NCBI GenBank assembly: GCA_964467735.1
Contig: CAYXSR010000001.1
Coordinates: 108,839 to 172,838, forward strand
Direction of reading: 5' to 3'
From: an uncultured Pseudomonadales bacterium
GTDB lineage: Bacteria > Patescibacteriota > Microgenomatia > UBA1400 > CAYXSR01
Length of the DNA stretch: 64,000 bases
The notes below the pieces were generated by a model, which saw nothing but the letters and a program-made list of their open reading frames with translations, was not told where the DNA came from and made no database searches. Made by a program: the position numbers and the translations under genes. The stretch's first letter is position 1; every line of letters starts with the position of its first letter. Below, piece after piece: positions 1-9,020 of the stretch.

Positions 1-272
1 ATTAATGTTGGAATCTGAATATTTAAATTAACCAAAAATTCTCTAATTTTCCCTAATCCCCAAAGAACATAAAGATAGCTAGGTAAATAATCACACCATG
101 ATTCATAAAATTTCTTAAATCCTACTGTTATTAAGCGACTGCTCCAACCCAACCACGAATTCATGTCCAACCAGAGTGTCCCAAAGTTCGCCAGTATTAA
201 TCTAAAAATAAATGCTGAAGAAATGATTATTAAGAGTTTAATATTTATATTGGCAACAAATTTTCTCTTCAT
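1..272 (-). CDS. Polytopic membrane protein, third tandem paralogue of the two downstream glycosyltransferase/polymerase-like membrane proteins. Only the 5' part is in the window; the gene runs off the window start.
   Basis: The minus-strand ATG at comp(270..272) overlaps the TGA stop (269..271) of the next gene as ATGA. The conceptual N-terminus MKRKFVANINIKLLIIISSAF...GFKKFYESWCDYLPSYLYVLWGL shares the GxK-FYE...DYLP N-terminal motif with the 1467..2717 product. Confidence 0.5.
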   Translation of the reverse strand, partial: MKRKFVANINIKLLIIISSAFIFRLILANFGTLWLDMNSWLGWSSRLITVGFKKFYESWCDYLPSYLYVLWGLGKIREFLVNLNIQIPTL

Positions 273-1474
273 CTTTTGATTTCCTTTTTTTTGAAGAAGT
301 CCAAGTAAAAATATAAGAAAATACTTATTATGATTAGCCCTAAAATTTTACCAAAAAAAATTGTCTTAAACGATGGTTGAGCCAAATATTCTCCCCAAAC
401 CAAAAAAAGATTTAAAAAGTGAACTGAAGAAATTAGGATATAAAGAATCAAAGATAACAAGGAATTAATTTCTGGAATTATAAAAACTAGAGCGCTGTAG
501 AGATGTCTTTCATGCATGCGAGTCAAAAAAATGAAACTTAAGAAGGCTAGTCTCGCGGTTAATTTATAGTAATCAACAATTTTTCTTTTCTTTTTTAAGA
601 AAACATATAAAAGCGGTAGAGTTAAAATGCTTACCATAAAAAATCCCAAAAATCTCAAAGAAAATCCAAAAATAATAGTCTTATCTGTCAATTTATTTAA
701 ACCTAGAAGAAACCAGAAATTAAATGCATTTGCTGACGCCCAATATTGATGTTTTTGACCTCCACTAGTGTTTAAAAAAAACTTAATCGGATAAAGAAAA
801 TAATCATCATTAATAAAAAAAGAAAAAGAAAAAATAAGAATACAAAACATTAAGCTGAAACCAATTAATTTTTCTTTAAGATTAGTTTTATTTAAGACGA
901 AGACAAAAAAAATAGGAATAAAGAAAAGACATGATTGTTTGGTTAATAAAGCTAAGCTAAAGAAAATAAATGGTAGGATTTTCTTTTCTTGAAAAAAAGA
1001 AATAAGAGAAAATAGGCAAAAAAGAGTTACCAAGCTTTCCAATTGTCCCCAAAATACACTATTGTAAATTAGGCCTATATTTAACAAAAATAACAAGGCA
1101 GCTTTAAAATGGAAATTTTTTATTCTCTTTCCCATGCGTTGTTTAAATAATAAAAGAGCAATGAAAACATCAGCGACTAACACTGGTATTTTGTAAAATG
1201 CTGCTAATAGTTTAGCTTTATTAATATCCAAACCTAAAGAAAGATGTGTTTTGTGAGATAACCAGAAAAAAAAGTTTGCCAATGGCGGATAATTTGCTTT
1301 TGCCCATGGAGAAAAATCTCTTTCATAAAAACCTTTAAAACCAAAGTTAACTAAAGATCTTGCCCAATAATAATGATTAAAAAAATCAGCATTAAAATCT
1401 ATGGTGCTAAGATAAAATCTAATCCCTAATATTGAAAAAATTAATAGAAATTGCCAAGAAATTTTTTTAGTCAT
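269..1474 (-). CDS. Polytopic (about 10 TM) membrane protein of about 400 aa, GT-C-fold glycosyltransferase or polymerase-like. The exact family is unresolved.
   Basis: 401-aa ORF, strongly hydrophobic throughout. It carries a conserved FLTRMHERHLY motif, which is also present in the adjacent paralogue. The ATG overlaps the upstream gene by 8 nt. Confidence 0.55.
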   Translation of the reverse strand: MTKKISWQFLLIFSILGIRFYLSTIDFNADFFNHYYWARSLVNFGFKGFYERDFSPWAKANYPPLANFFFWLSHKTHLSLGLDINKAKLLAAFYKIPVLVADVFIALLLFKQRMGKRIKNFHFKAALLFLLNIGLIYNSVFWGQLESLVTLFCLFSLISFFQEKKILPFIFFSLALLTKQSCLFFIPIFFVFVLNKTNLKEKLIGFSLMFCILIFSFSFFINDDYFLYPIKFFLNTSGGQKHQYWASANAFNFWFLLGLNKLTDKTIIFGFSLRFLGFFMVSILTLPLLYVFLKKKRKIVDYYKLTARLAFLSFIFLTRMHERHLYSALVFIIPEINSLLSLILYILISSVHFLNLFLVWGEYLAQPSFKTIFFGKILGLIIISIFLYFYLDFFKKKEIKR

Positions 1475-2717
1475 TCTTTTTTTTCTGCCAATTTGGCCAA
1501 AATTGAAGAAACATTAATAAAAAAGCAGCCAAATTAATTCCTGATAATAATCTTATTAGCAACCAACTAAAAACATATTTTTGATTTTGATAATAATACT
1601 CAAGAGCAAAATGAAGATTAGTAATATAAATTAGACTTAACAAAAAATAAATAAATAATAGTCTTTTTTTATAAAATGATGCTAATAATAAAAAAGGCAA
1701 ACAATAATACATATGTCTTTCATGCATTCTTGTTAAAAACATAAAGCTTGCTAAAAAAACTAAGGCCAGACTAAGATTAGTTTTATAAAATAGATCTTTT
1801 TTATTCGAGAATAAAAATTTAAAAAAAACAATTGCCGCTATAACACAGAATATTACTGTTCCCAAAAACTGAAGTTTTATTTGATAAAAATATCTTTGGT
1901 CAGAAAGCCAAAATTTTTTATCAACTACTGACCAAAAATTAAAAGCATTAACAGAAGTATACTGATAGCGCTGGGAAGTAATGATATAACGATTTTTTAG
2001 AAGAACAAATGGGTCTGTCAACGTTCTTACTGACAGGTTTTTATTTAAAAATGGCAGAGAAATTAACCAACAAGATACTAAAATAGAAATAATAAAGTAT
2101 AAAAGTGGTTTTATTTTCTTTTTATTTTTTCTTTCCTGCCTAAAAACAAATATCCCCAATATTGGCAGGCTTATAATAAAAAGAGGTTTTGTACAAAAAG
2201 CGATCCCTAAAGCAATTCCTGCTAAAAAAGATCTCTTTTTTAAGAGAAAAAAGTAGGCTAAAATTACGAATAAAGTTCCAACAGAATCTACTTGTCCCCA
2301 AAGGGTAGAATTGGCAAAAACTGCTGGATTAAAGATAAAAAAACTGGCAAAAATAATTTTGACAATCTTCTTCTTAGTTTTAAGGATTTTTAAAATAAAA
2401 ATTCCTATTAATATGTCAGTAATGCTTGCCGGAAGTTTGTAAAAATAATGAATAGGAAAATTATGAAAGTTTTTAGTTAACTCATAAAGTTTTCTAGTTA
2501 ATCCTAAAATTAACGGATAAAAAGGCAAATAATCAGAGTTAAAATGTTCATAAAACCCTTTCGTTCCTTTCTCATAAATATACTCTCCCCATTCCTGCCA
2601 AAAATACATATCTGACCAATGTGTTTTATAGGGTAAAAGTATAACTCTTAAAAATAATCCGCCGCCTATCAAAAAAAAGATTAACAAATTAAAAGAAGAT
2701 GTTTTTTTGAAAGGCAT
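1467..2717 (-). CDS. Polytopic membrane protein, paralogue of 269..1474 (GT-C-like)
   Basis: 416-aa ORF with multiple TM segments. The MFLTRMHERHMYY motif matches FLTRMHERHLY in its neighbour, and the N-terminal KGFYEHFNSDYLP motif is shared with the partial gene at the window start. Confidence 0.55.
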   Translation of the reverse strand: MPFKKTSSFNLLIFFLIGGGLFLRVILLPYKTHWSDMYFWQEWGEYIYEKGTKGFYEHFNSDYLPFYPLILGLTRKLYELTKNFHNFPIHYFYKLPASITDILIGIFILKILKTKKKIVKIIFASFFIFNPAVFANSTLWGQVDSVGTLFVILAYFFLLKKRSFLAGIALGIAFCTKPLFIISLPILGIFVFRQERKNKKKIKPLLYFIISILVSCWLISLPFLNKNLSVRTLTDPFVLLKNRYIITSQRYQYTSVNAFNFWSVVDKKFWLSDQRYFYQIKLQFLGTVIFCVIAAIVFFKFLFSNKKDLFYKTNLSLALVFLASFMFLTRMHERHMYYCLPFLLLASFYKKRLLFIYFLLSLIYITNLHFALEYYYQNQKYVFSWLLIRLLSGINLAAFLLMFLQFWPNWQKKKND

Positions 2718-2832
2718 ATTTCCATTGTATTAAATTAAAGAACCTAAGTATATCTGTAAAAAATCGGTAAAGAGTATTTCTGAAGAAAAAAATCACAAAC
2801 CTAAAAATTCATCTTCACTTTTGCTTTCAAAA

Positions 2833-3933
2833 TTAATAACCTTTGTAGATTTTTTCCTCTAAATATTTTTCAATTTCTTCCCAACTTTTAGTTGGAATCA
2901 AAACCCACTGTCCGTATTGTGAGATAGGTGGATTATATAAAAATCCTGGGCTTTCTTCTGTCCCTGTATCCAAGCTTAAAGTTCGAAGCTCATTCTCACT
3001 TCTAACAAATTTTACAAAAAGGCTCAATAAGGCTCCAATTTGTTTATCACTGAATTCTTTATCAAAAGCAACATGAGACTCAAAAGTCTTTTTTATATCA
3101 AGAATTTTTTGAGAATTTAAAAATGTTTTTAAAGAAAATAGTTTATCTTTAATTGCTAGAATTATTTTCTGTTGACGTTGGCTACGAGCAAAATCAGTTC
3201 CTTCTTCACCTTCGGCATTACGAGAACGGATAAATTTTAAAGCTACCTTACCATCCATTTCCTGCCAACCAGCATCAAAATGAATATGCTCGTAACGACA
3301 TTTATATTCTGTGTCCCCATCACACTCATCATTTTCCTTACCAGGGATAGGATATTTATAATCATCAAAACTTCTGTCTACTTTCACATTCACTCCTCCC
3401 AATAAATCTACAATTTTGACAAATCCTTCAAAATCAAGAAATATACTATAATGGATCGGTTGTCCCACAATTTCCTCAACCGAATCTCTAGCTAATTTAA
3501 ATCCTTGGCCATTACCTCTTTCCTCTCCATAGTGATAGGCGCTGTTCACCTTTGCCTGAAGAGAGTCTAACCAAATGTCTCTAGGAATAGAAAGAAGAAC
3601 AACATCAGATGTTTTTAAATCTAACGAAACAAACATCATCGTATCAGTTAAATCACCAGCTTCATGACCTTCGCCGCCGCCGCCCAAAACCAAAAAATTT
3701 GTTCTTCCTTGATAAGAATCTAATGATGAAATATCAGCATTAATTAAAGAAGTTATTAAAGTTGTTGGATTAACCTCAGTTTTAATAAAAATAATTGCTA
3801 CTTTCAAAAAAACAAACAAAAAAATAATCAGCAAACAAATGAAAACTATCTTTAATATTTTCTTTATAGCTGGAAGAAAACTAACAAATTTAATTTTAAT
3901 ATTTTCGAACAAAATACCCAATTTGTCTTTCAT
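2833..3933 (-). CDS. LytR-CpsA-Psr (LCP) family cell-envelope polymer phosphotransferase
   Basis: N-terminal TM anchor followed by the LCP core LVLGGGGEGHEAGDLTDTMMFVSLD...LLSIPRDIWL. Confidence 0.8.
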   Translation of the reverse strand: MKDKLGILFENIKIKFVSFLPAIKKILKIVFICLLIIFLFVFLKVAIIFIKTEVNPTTLITSLINADISSLDSYQGRTNFLVLGGGGEGHEAGDLTDTMMFVSLDLKTSDVVLLSIPRDIWLDSLQAKVNSAYHYGEERGNGQGFKLARDSVEEIVGQPIHYSIFLDFEGFVKIVDLLGGVNVKVDRSFDDYKYPIPGKENDECDGDTEYKCRYEHIHFDAGWQEMDGKVALKFIRSRNAEGEEGTDFARSQRQQKIILAIKDKLFSLKTFLNSQKILDIKKTFESHVAFDKEFSDKQIGALLSLFVKFVRSENELRTLSLDTGTEESPGFLYNPPISQYGQWVLIPTKSWEEIEKYLEEKIYKGY

Positions 3934-3978
3934 TATTCTTTCCTTGTCCCATTCTCTTTTTTACGTTATGATTTTAGC

Positions 3979-5790
3979 ATGCCATTTTCCCTTTTAAAAG
4001 ATTTAAATAGTCAACAAAGAAAAGCTATTACCTTTAGTAAGGGACCCTTGTCTGTTTTAGCTGGAGCAGGAAGTGGAAAAACAAGAGTTTTAACTTATCG
4101 AGCCGCTTGGTTAATTTTAGAAAAAGGAGTTAATCCAGAAAATTTACTTTTGGTAACATTTACTAATAAAGCAGCTGAAGAAATGAAAAAAAGAATTAAA
4201 AATTTACTTGGTGCTAAATCTTTTCCTCTAACCGCTACTTTTCATTCATTCTGTGCTAAGCTTTTGAGAAAAGAAGGAAAATATATAAATATTCCTCCTT
4301 CTTTTGTAATTTATGATAACCAAGATCAAAAAGACTTAATTAAGCAAATATTAAAGGATCTTGATCTTTCTTCGACTAAATTTAATCCAGGTTTAATCCT
4401 TTATACAATTAGCTCTGCTAAAAATGAATTAATTTCGGCCATTGAATATCCCCAATATGTCCGTGGTTATTTTCAGGAAACTGTTGCTCAAATTTATCTT
4501 CGTTACCAAAGGTTACTAAAAGAGTTCCAAGCTTTAGATTTTGATGATCTTTTGTTTGAATCAGTCAATCTTTTTAAAAAAAATCTAGAAATAGCAAAAA
4601 AATACCAAAATCTTTTCTCTTATATTTTGGTTGATGAATACCAGGATACTAATCATGCCCAATATGAACTAACTAAAATTTTGGCTAAAAAATGGCGTAA
4701 TCTAACTGTAGTAGGTGATGCTAGCCAGTCGATTTATCGTTGGCGTGGTGCTGACTTTCGTAATCTCTCTAAACTTAAAGAAGATTTTCCTGATTTAACT
4801 ATCATTAACTTAGAAAGAAACTACCGCTCTCCTCAAATAATCCTTGATGCTGCTTTTGCCGTGATCAACAAAAATACCGGTCATCCAATTTTAAAACTTT
4901 GGACCGATAAGGAAAGCATAGGTAAAATCAAAGTTTATCAAGCTAAAAACGAGAGAGATGAATCTCTTTTCATTGCAAATAATATTTATCAGATGAAAGA
5001 TAAAAAATTAAGTTTTGCTATTTTATATCGAACTAATGCTCAATCACGACCTATTGAGGAATTACTCTTAAAGCTTGGTATTCCTTATCAATTAATTGGT
5101 GGGGTGCGCTTTTACGAAAGAAAAGAAATTAAAGATTGCCTTGCCTATCTACGCTTATTGGCTAATCCTAAAGATATGAATTCTTATAAAAGACTTGAAA
5201 AGCTTGGTAAACGTCGATTAAAAAAATTCATTGAGTATCAAGAAAAAATTAAAAAGAAGTTAAAAAAAATGACAACCTTAGATATTCTTAATAGTGTTTT
5301 AAAAAAAACAGGCTATCTGGAATTATTTAATGAGAAAAATGAGGAAGATTTAGCTCGTTTGGAAAATATCAAGGAATTAACTTCTGTTGCTTCCGAATTT
5401 CCTAATCTAGATCAGTTTCTGGAAAATGTTGCCCTTGTTCAACAAGAATTCTTGCCAGATAAACAACCAAAAAATAGTCCTGAGAATCAACCAGTGGTTT
5501 TAATGACTCTTCATGCAGCTAAAGGTTTAGAGTTTGATGTTGTTTTTATGATTGGCATGGAAGAAGGGCTTTTTCCCCATTCTCGATCAATGCTGGAAAA
5601 AGAAGAATTAGAAGAAGAACGTCGACTTTGTTATGTGGGTATTACTAGGGCTAAAAAACAACTCTTCTTTACTTATGCCAAAAATCGTCTCTATTTTGGC
5701 TCTCGTAACTACAATCAAATTTCTCGTTTTATTTCTGACTTACCAGAATCTTTACTCGAACTTGAAACCCCTAGCCTTCTTTTTGATTAA
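3979..5790 (+). CDS. UvrD/PcrA-family superfamily-1 DNA helicase (short, 603 aa)
   Basis: Walker A AGAGSGKTRVLTYR, motif II VDEYQDTN, and GDASQSIYRWRGAD. The C-terminal VGITRAKKQLFF motif is also present. Confidence 0.8.
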   Translation: MPFSLLKDLNSQQRKAITFSKGPLSVLAGAGSGKTRVLTYRAAWLILEKGVNPENLLLVTFTNKAAEEMKKRIKNLLGAKSFPLTATFHSFCAKLLRKEGKYINIPPSFVIYDNQDQKDLIKQILKDLDLSSTKFNPGLILYTISSAKNELISAIEYPQYVRGYFQETVAQIYLRYQRLLKEFQALDFDDLLFESVNLFKKNLEIAKKYQNLFSYILVDEYQDTNHAQYELTKILAKKWRNLTVVGDASQSIYRWRGADFRNLSKLKEDFPDLTIINLERNYRSPQIILDAAFAVINKNTGHPILKLWTDKESIGKIKVYQAKNERDESLFIANNIYQMKDKKLSFAILYRTNAQSRPIEELLLKLGIPYQLIGGVRFYERKEIKDCLAYLRLLANPKDMNSYKRLEKLGKRRLKKFIEYQEKIKKKLKKMTTLDILNSVLKKTGYLELFNEKNEEDLARLENIKELTSVASEFPNLDQFLENVALVQQEFLPDKQPKNSPENQPVVLMTLHAAKGLEFDVVFMIGMEEGLFPHSRSMLEKEELEEERRLCYVGITRAKKQLFFTYAKNRLYFGSRNYNQISRFISDLPESLLELETPSLLFD

Positions 5791-5806
5791 CTGTTAGAAT
5801 TTTATT

Positions 5807-6847
5807 GTGATCATTCGCGAAGTTTATCCAGAGGAAAAAAATCAATTTAATAAAGTCGCCCCACATCCTTTACAATCTTGGGAATGGGGTGATTTTAGAA
5901 AAAAAACCGGTGTTGATGTTGTCCGATTAGCTGTTTTTAAAAATAAAAAAATAAAAAAAATTATTCAATTTACCGTTCATCCCCTTCCTAAAATCAATAC
6001 TAATATTGGCTATGTCCCTAAATGTATTCTCCCTGATAAACAAATTATCGAAGCTTTAAAAGAAGCAGGAAAAAAATATAATTGTATCTTTTTAAAATTA
6101 GAACCCAATATTAAACAATCTATTAATCTTCCTAACGAAAAATATCAAAAAATAGAAAAATTTCTTTTAGAAAACAATGCTGTTCCTGGCCGCCCATTAT
6201 TTACCCAATATACTTTTCAAATTGATCTTACGAAGTCAGAAGATGAACTCATTAAAAAAATGAGACCTAAAACAAGGTATAACATCCGTTTAGCAATTAA
6301 AAAAGGTGTCACCGTCCAAGAAGATAACTCTGGTGAAAGTTTTGAAGAATATATAAAACTTATGAAAGAAACAACTAAACGGCAAAAATTTTATGCTCAT
6401 AATGAGCGTTATCATCGCCTTATGTGGGAAACTTTAAAACCCGCCGGAATCGCTCACCTTTTGCGAGCTGTTTGGGAGGGAAAAACTCTAACTACTTGGA
6501 TTGTCTTTGTTTTTAATGACGTCTTATATTATCCTTATGGTGCTTCCAGTAGAGATCATAAAGACCTTATGGCATCTAACTTAATAATGTGGGAAGCAAT
6601 TCGTTTTGGTAAGAAAAAAAATTGTAAGATATTTGACTTATGGGGATGTCTTGGGCCAAATCCAAATAAAAAAGATCCTTGGTATGGTTTCCATCATTTC
6701 AAGGAAGGTTATGGTCCAAAGATGATCAAATTTATTGGTACTTTTGATTTAGTTTTAGATATTTCAAAATATAAACTTTATACTGTTGCTAATAAACTAC
6801 GCTGGAAATGGCTTAAATTTAAAGCTAGTCTGCCTTTCTTATCATAA
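5807..6847 (+). CDS. FemAB-family aminoacyl-tRNA-dependent peptidoglycan bridge transferase
   Basis: GTG start. 346 aa with a FemAB-like N-terminus (HPLQSWEWGDFRKKTG) and the internal KTRYNIRLAIKKGV segment typical of the Fem/MurM acyltransferase fold. Confidence 0.65.
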   Translation: MIIREVYPEEKNQFNKVAPHPLQSWEWGDFRKKTGVDVVRLAVFKNKKIKKIIQFTVHPLPKINTNIGYVPKCILPDKQIIEALKEAGKKYNCIFLKLEPNIKQSINLPNEKYQKIEKFLLENNAVPGRPLFTQYTFQIDLTKSEDELIKKMRPKTRYNIRLAIKKGVTVQEDNSGESFEEYIKLMKETTKRQKFYAHNERYHRLMWETLKPAGIAHLLRAVWEGKTLTTWIVFVFNDVLYYPYGASSRDHKDLMASNLIMWEAIRFGKKKNCKIFDLWGCLGPNPNKKDPWYGFHHFKEGYGPKMIKFIGTFDLVLDISKYKLYTVANKLRWKWLKFKASLPFLS

Positions 6848-6855
6848 TCCTACAA

Positions 6856-7731
6856 ATGCTTTCTAATTATCGCCAATTAATTGATGTTCGACAAACAACT
6901 GAATATGCAAAGTTTATGAAAAAAATTGGTTGGAAAATAAAAAAAACAGGTAAAATAAACATTTTTATTAAAAAACTTCCATTTTTACCTTTTTCAGTTA
7001 TAAAAATACTTCGATTTTCTACCCCTAATAAAGAAAAATTTATGACTGATGCTAAAAAAATTAAAAAAGAAAACAGAGCCTTAATATTTAAACTCCATCC
7101 TTTTATAGTCTCAAAATCAGATCAAATAGTTTTTAAAAATTTTAAATCTCAACAAGACAAGAATCCTTTAGTCCCGACCAAAACTATTTGGCTTGATCTT
7201 AATAAAAAAAATAATCAACTTTTGAAACAAATGAAGCAAAAGACCCGTTATAATATTCATTTATCCAAAAGTAAAAAAATTACAATAGAAATTGTTTCTG
7301 GTAATAAAATAAAATCACAATTATTAAATGATTTTTATCAATTATGGAAAAAAAATAAACCATTTAATTGGCTTTTTAAACCTTCCTTTCGGAATCTTCA
7401 AGCGCTAGTTTCTAGCTTTGAAAAAAAGTGTTTTTTAGTTTTAGCATCAAAAAATTCATTAATTGCTGGAGCTCTAATCTTAACATCTAAAAATATGGCC
7501 TTTTATTGGCATAATTGTTCAAACAAAGAAGGAAAAAAGTTGTTTGCTCCTACTTTAGTTATTTGGCAAGCAATTAAAGAGGCTAAACGAAGAAATCTTA
7601 AAATTTTTGATTTTGAAGGAATTTACGATTCTCGATTTCATAAGTTAATGAAAAACTGGCAGGGTTTCAGTAAATTTAAGAAAGGTTTTGGTGGCCAAAA
7701 AATACTTTTCTCCAAACCACTAAAAGTCTAG
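6856..7731 (+). CDS. FemAB-family transferase, shorter tandem paralogue
   Basis: 291 aa. The KTRYNIHLSKSKKITIE segment parallels KTRYNIRLAIKKGVTVQ of the upstream gene. The C-terminal NLKIFDFEGIYD motif corresponds to CKIFDLWGCLG in the paralogue. Confidence 0.55.
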   Translation: MLSNYRQLIDVRQTTEYAKFMKKIGWKIKKTGKINIFIKKLPFLPFSVIKILRFSTPNKEKFMTDAKKIKKENRALIFKLHPFIVSKSDQIVFKNFKSQQDKNPLVPTKTIWLDLNKKNNQLLKQMKQKTRYNIHLSKSKKITIEIVSGNKIKSQLLNDFYQLWKKNKPFNWLFKPSFRNLQALVSSFEKKCFLVLASKNSLIAGALILTSKNMAFYWHNCSNKEGKKLFAPTLVIWQAIKEAKRRNLKIFDFEGIYDSRFHKLMKNWQGFSKFKKGFGGQKILFSKPLKV

Positions 7732-9020
7732 TTTATCAATCTTTTTTTTCTTAAAAGAAGATGATATTTTTTGGCAAACCGATGAGACTCATCACGTAGT
7801 TGTTGGATTAGTCTTAGAAAAACAGAATTCTTCTTTAGTTTTATTTCCTGCCAACCAATAATATTTTCATCTCTAACTTTTGGTTTGATAATGATCTCTT
7901 CTTTTTTAGCTAAACCTAAAATAAGAATTTTCTTAAGCAAATGCCAACTTCTTAAAACATCAAATACTGCACTTACTTGACCTTTCCCGCCATCAACAAT
8001 TATTAATTCTGGGTAAGGCCATTCTTTATGTTTTAGTCTTCTTTGAACTACTTCTCTCATCATTTCTAAATCATCAGGTGTTGTAGAAAAAAGGATTTTA
8101 AATCGGCGATATTGATTCTTATTTGCTGAAAAGTTTTCAAAAACCACCATCGAACCAGTTGCTTCTCGACCATAAAGATTAGAAATGTCATAACATTCTA
8201 TTCTCTTTAAACTTTTTATTCCTGTCAAGAGTTTTTTTGCTTGTTTTAGAATATCTTTATCTCTATCTTTGGGAAGAAGCAAAGATAAACTTTCCTCATC
8301 CAAGGACTGCCAATTCAAAACTACATAATTTATTGCTTCTATCTGTTTTTTAATTTTGTTTGCTTTTTCAAAATCTAATTTATTGCTTGCTTTATCCATT
8401 TCCATTGTTAATTGTCGTATTACTTCACCTATGTCTCCATTTAGAAACTTAATTATCTTTCTAATTGTCTTTCGATATTCACTTTTTGGATAACCAATAC
8501 AGCATCCTGGACAAAGATTAATGTGATAATATAAGCAAGCTCTTTTTTTATTCCAGGTTTTAGAATTACAACTACAATATGGAAAAATTTGGCGGATAAT
8601 TCTTAAAACCCTCCTTACTTCTCCTGCTGAAGGAAAAGGACCAAAATACTTAGCTTTTTTTAACTCTTTTTTACGAGCGGTAAAAATCCGAGGATATTCT
8701 TCATCAGAAATACCAATCATCAAAAAACGCTTATCATCTTTTAATCGAACATTATAAAAAGGTTGATGTTTATTCACTAAAGCTGCCTCTATCAATAATG
8801 CCTCAAATTCAGATCGACAAATCCTAAAATCAATATCTTTAATTTGATCAACCATTTTTTTAGTAAGATATCCCTTGTTATTCTGAAAGTAACTTTTAAC
8901 TCTATTTTTTAGATTAACTGACTTACCAATATAAATAATTTTTCCATCGCTATTTTTAAAAAAATAGATTCCTGGTTTTTGGGGAAACTTATTAATTTTT
9001 TCTTTTAAATTTTTATCCAT
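7728..9020 (-). CDS. uvrC: Excinuclease ABC subunit C (UvrC), short form without the C-terminal (HhH)2 domain
   Basis: GIY-YIG domain GIYFFKNSDGKIIYIGKSVNLKNRVKSY and UVR motif EKANKIKKQIEAINYV. 430 aa, ending after the endonuclease-V-like region. Overlaps uvrA by 8 nt. Confidence 0.85.
   Translation of the reverse strand: MDKNLKEKINKFPQKPGIYFFKNSDGKIIYIGKSVNLKNRVKSYFQNNKGYLTKKMVDQIKDIDFRICRSEFEALLIEAALVNKHQPFYNVRLKDDKRFLMIGISDEEYPRIFTARKKELKKAKYFGPFPSAGEVRRVLRIIRQIFPYCSCNSKTWNKKRACLYYHINLCPGCCIGYPKSEYRKTIRKIIKFLNGDIGEVIRQLTMEMDKASNKLDFEKANKIKKQIEAINYVVLNWQSLDEESLSLLLPKDRDKDILKQAKKLLTGIKSLKRIECYDISNLYGREATGSMVVFENFSANKNQYRRFKILFSTTPDDLEMMREVVQRRLKHKEWPYPELIIVDGGKGQVSAVFDVLRSWHLLKKILILGLAKKEEIIIKPKVRDENIIGWQEIKLKKNSVFLRLIQQLRDESHRFAKKYHLLLRKKRLIN

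Noticed and set aside
269-271. Alternative genetic code (UGA read as Gly or Trp, as in some candidate phyla)
   Set aside because: TGA terminates well-conserved proteins at expected lengths (e.g. 269..271). Conserved domains are intact without read-through, so the standard code 11 applies.
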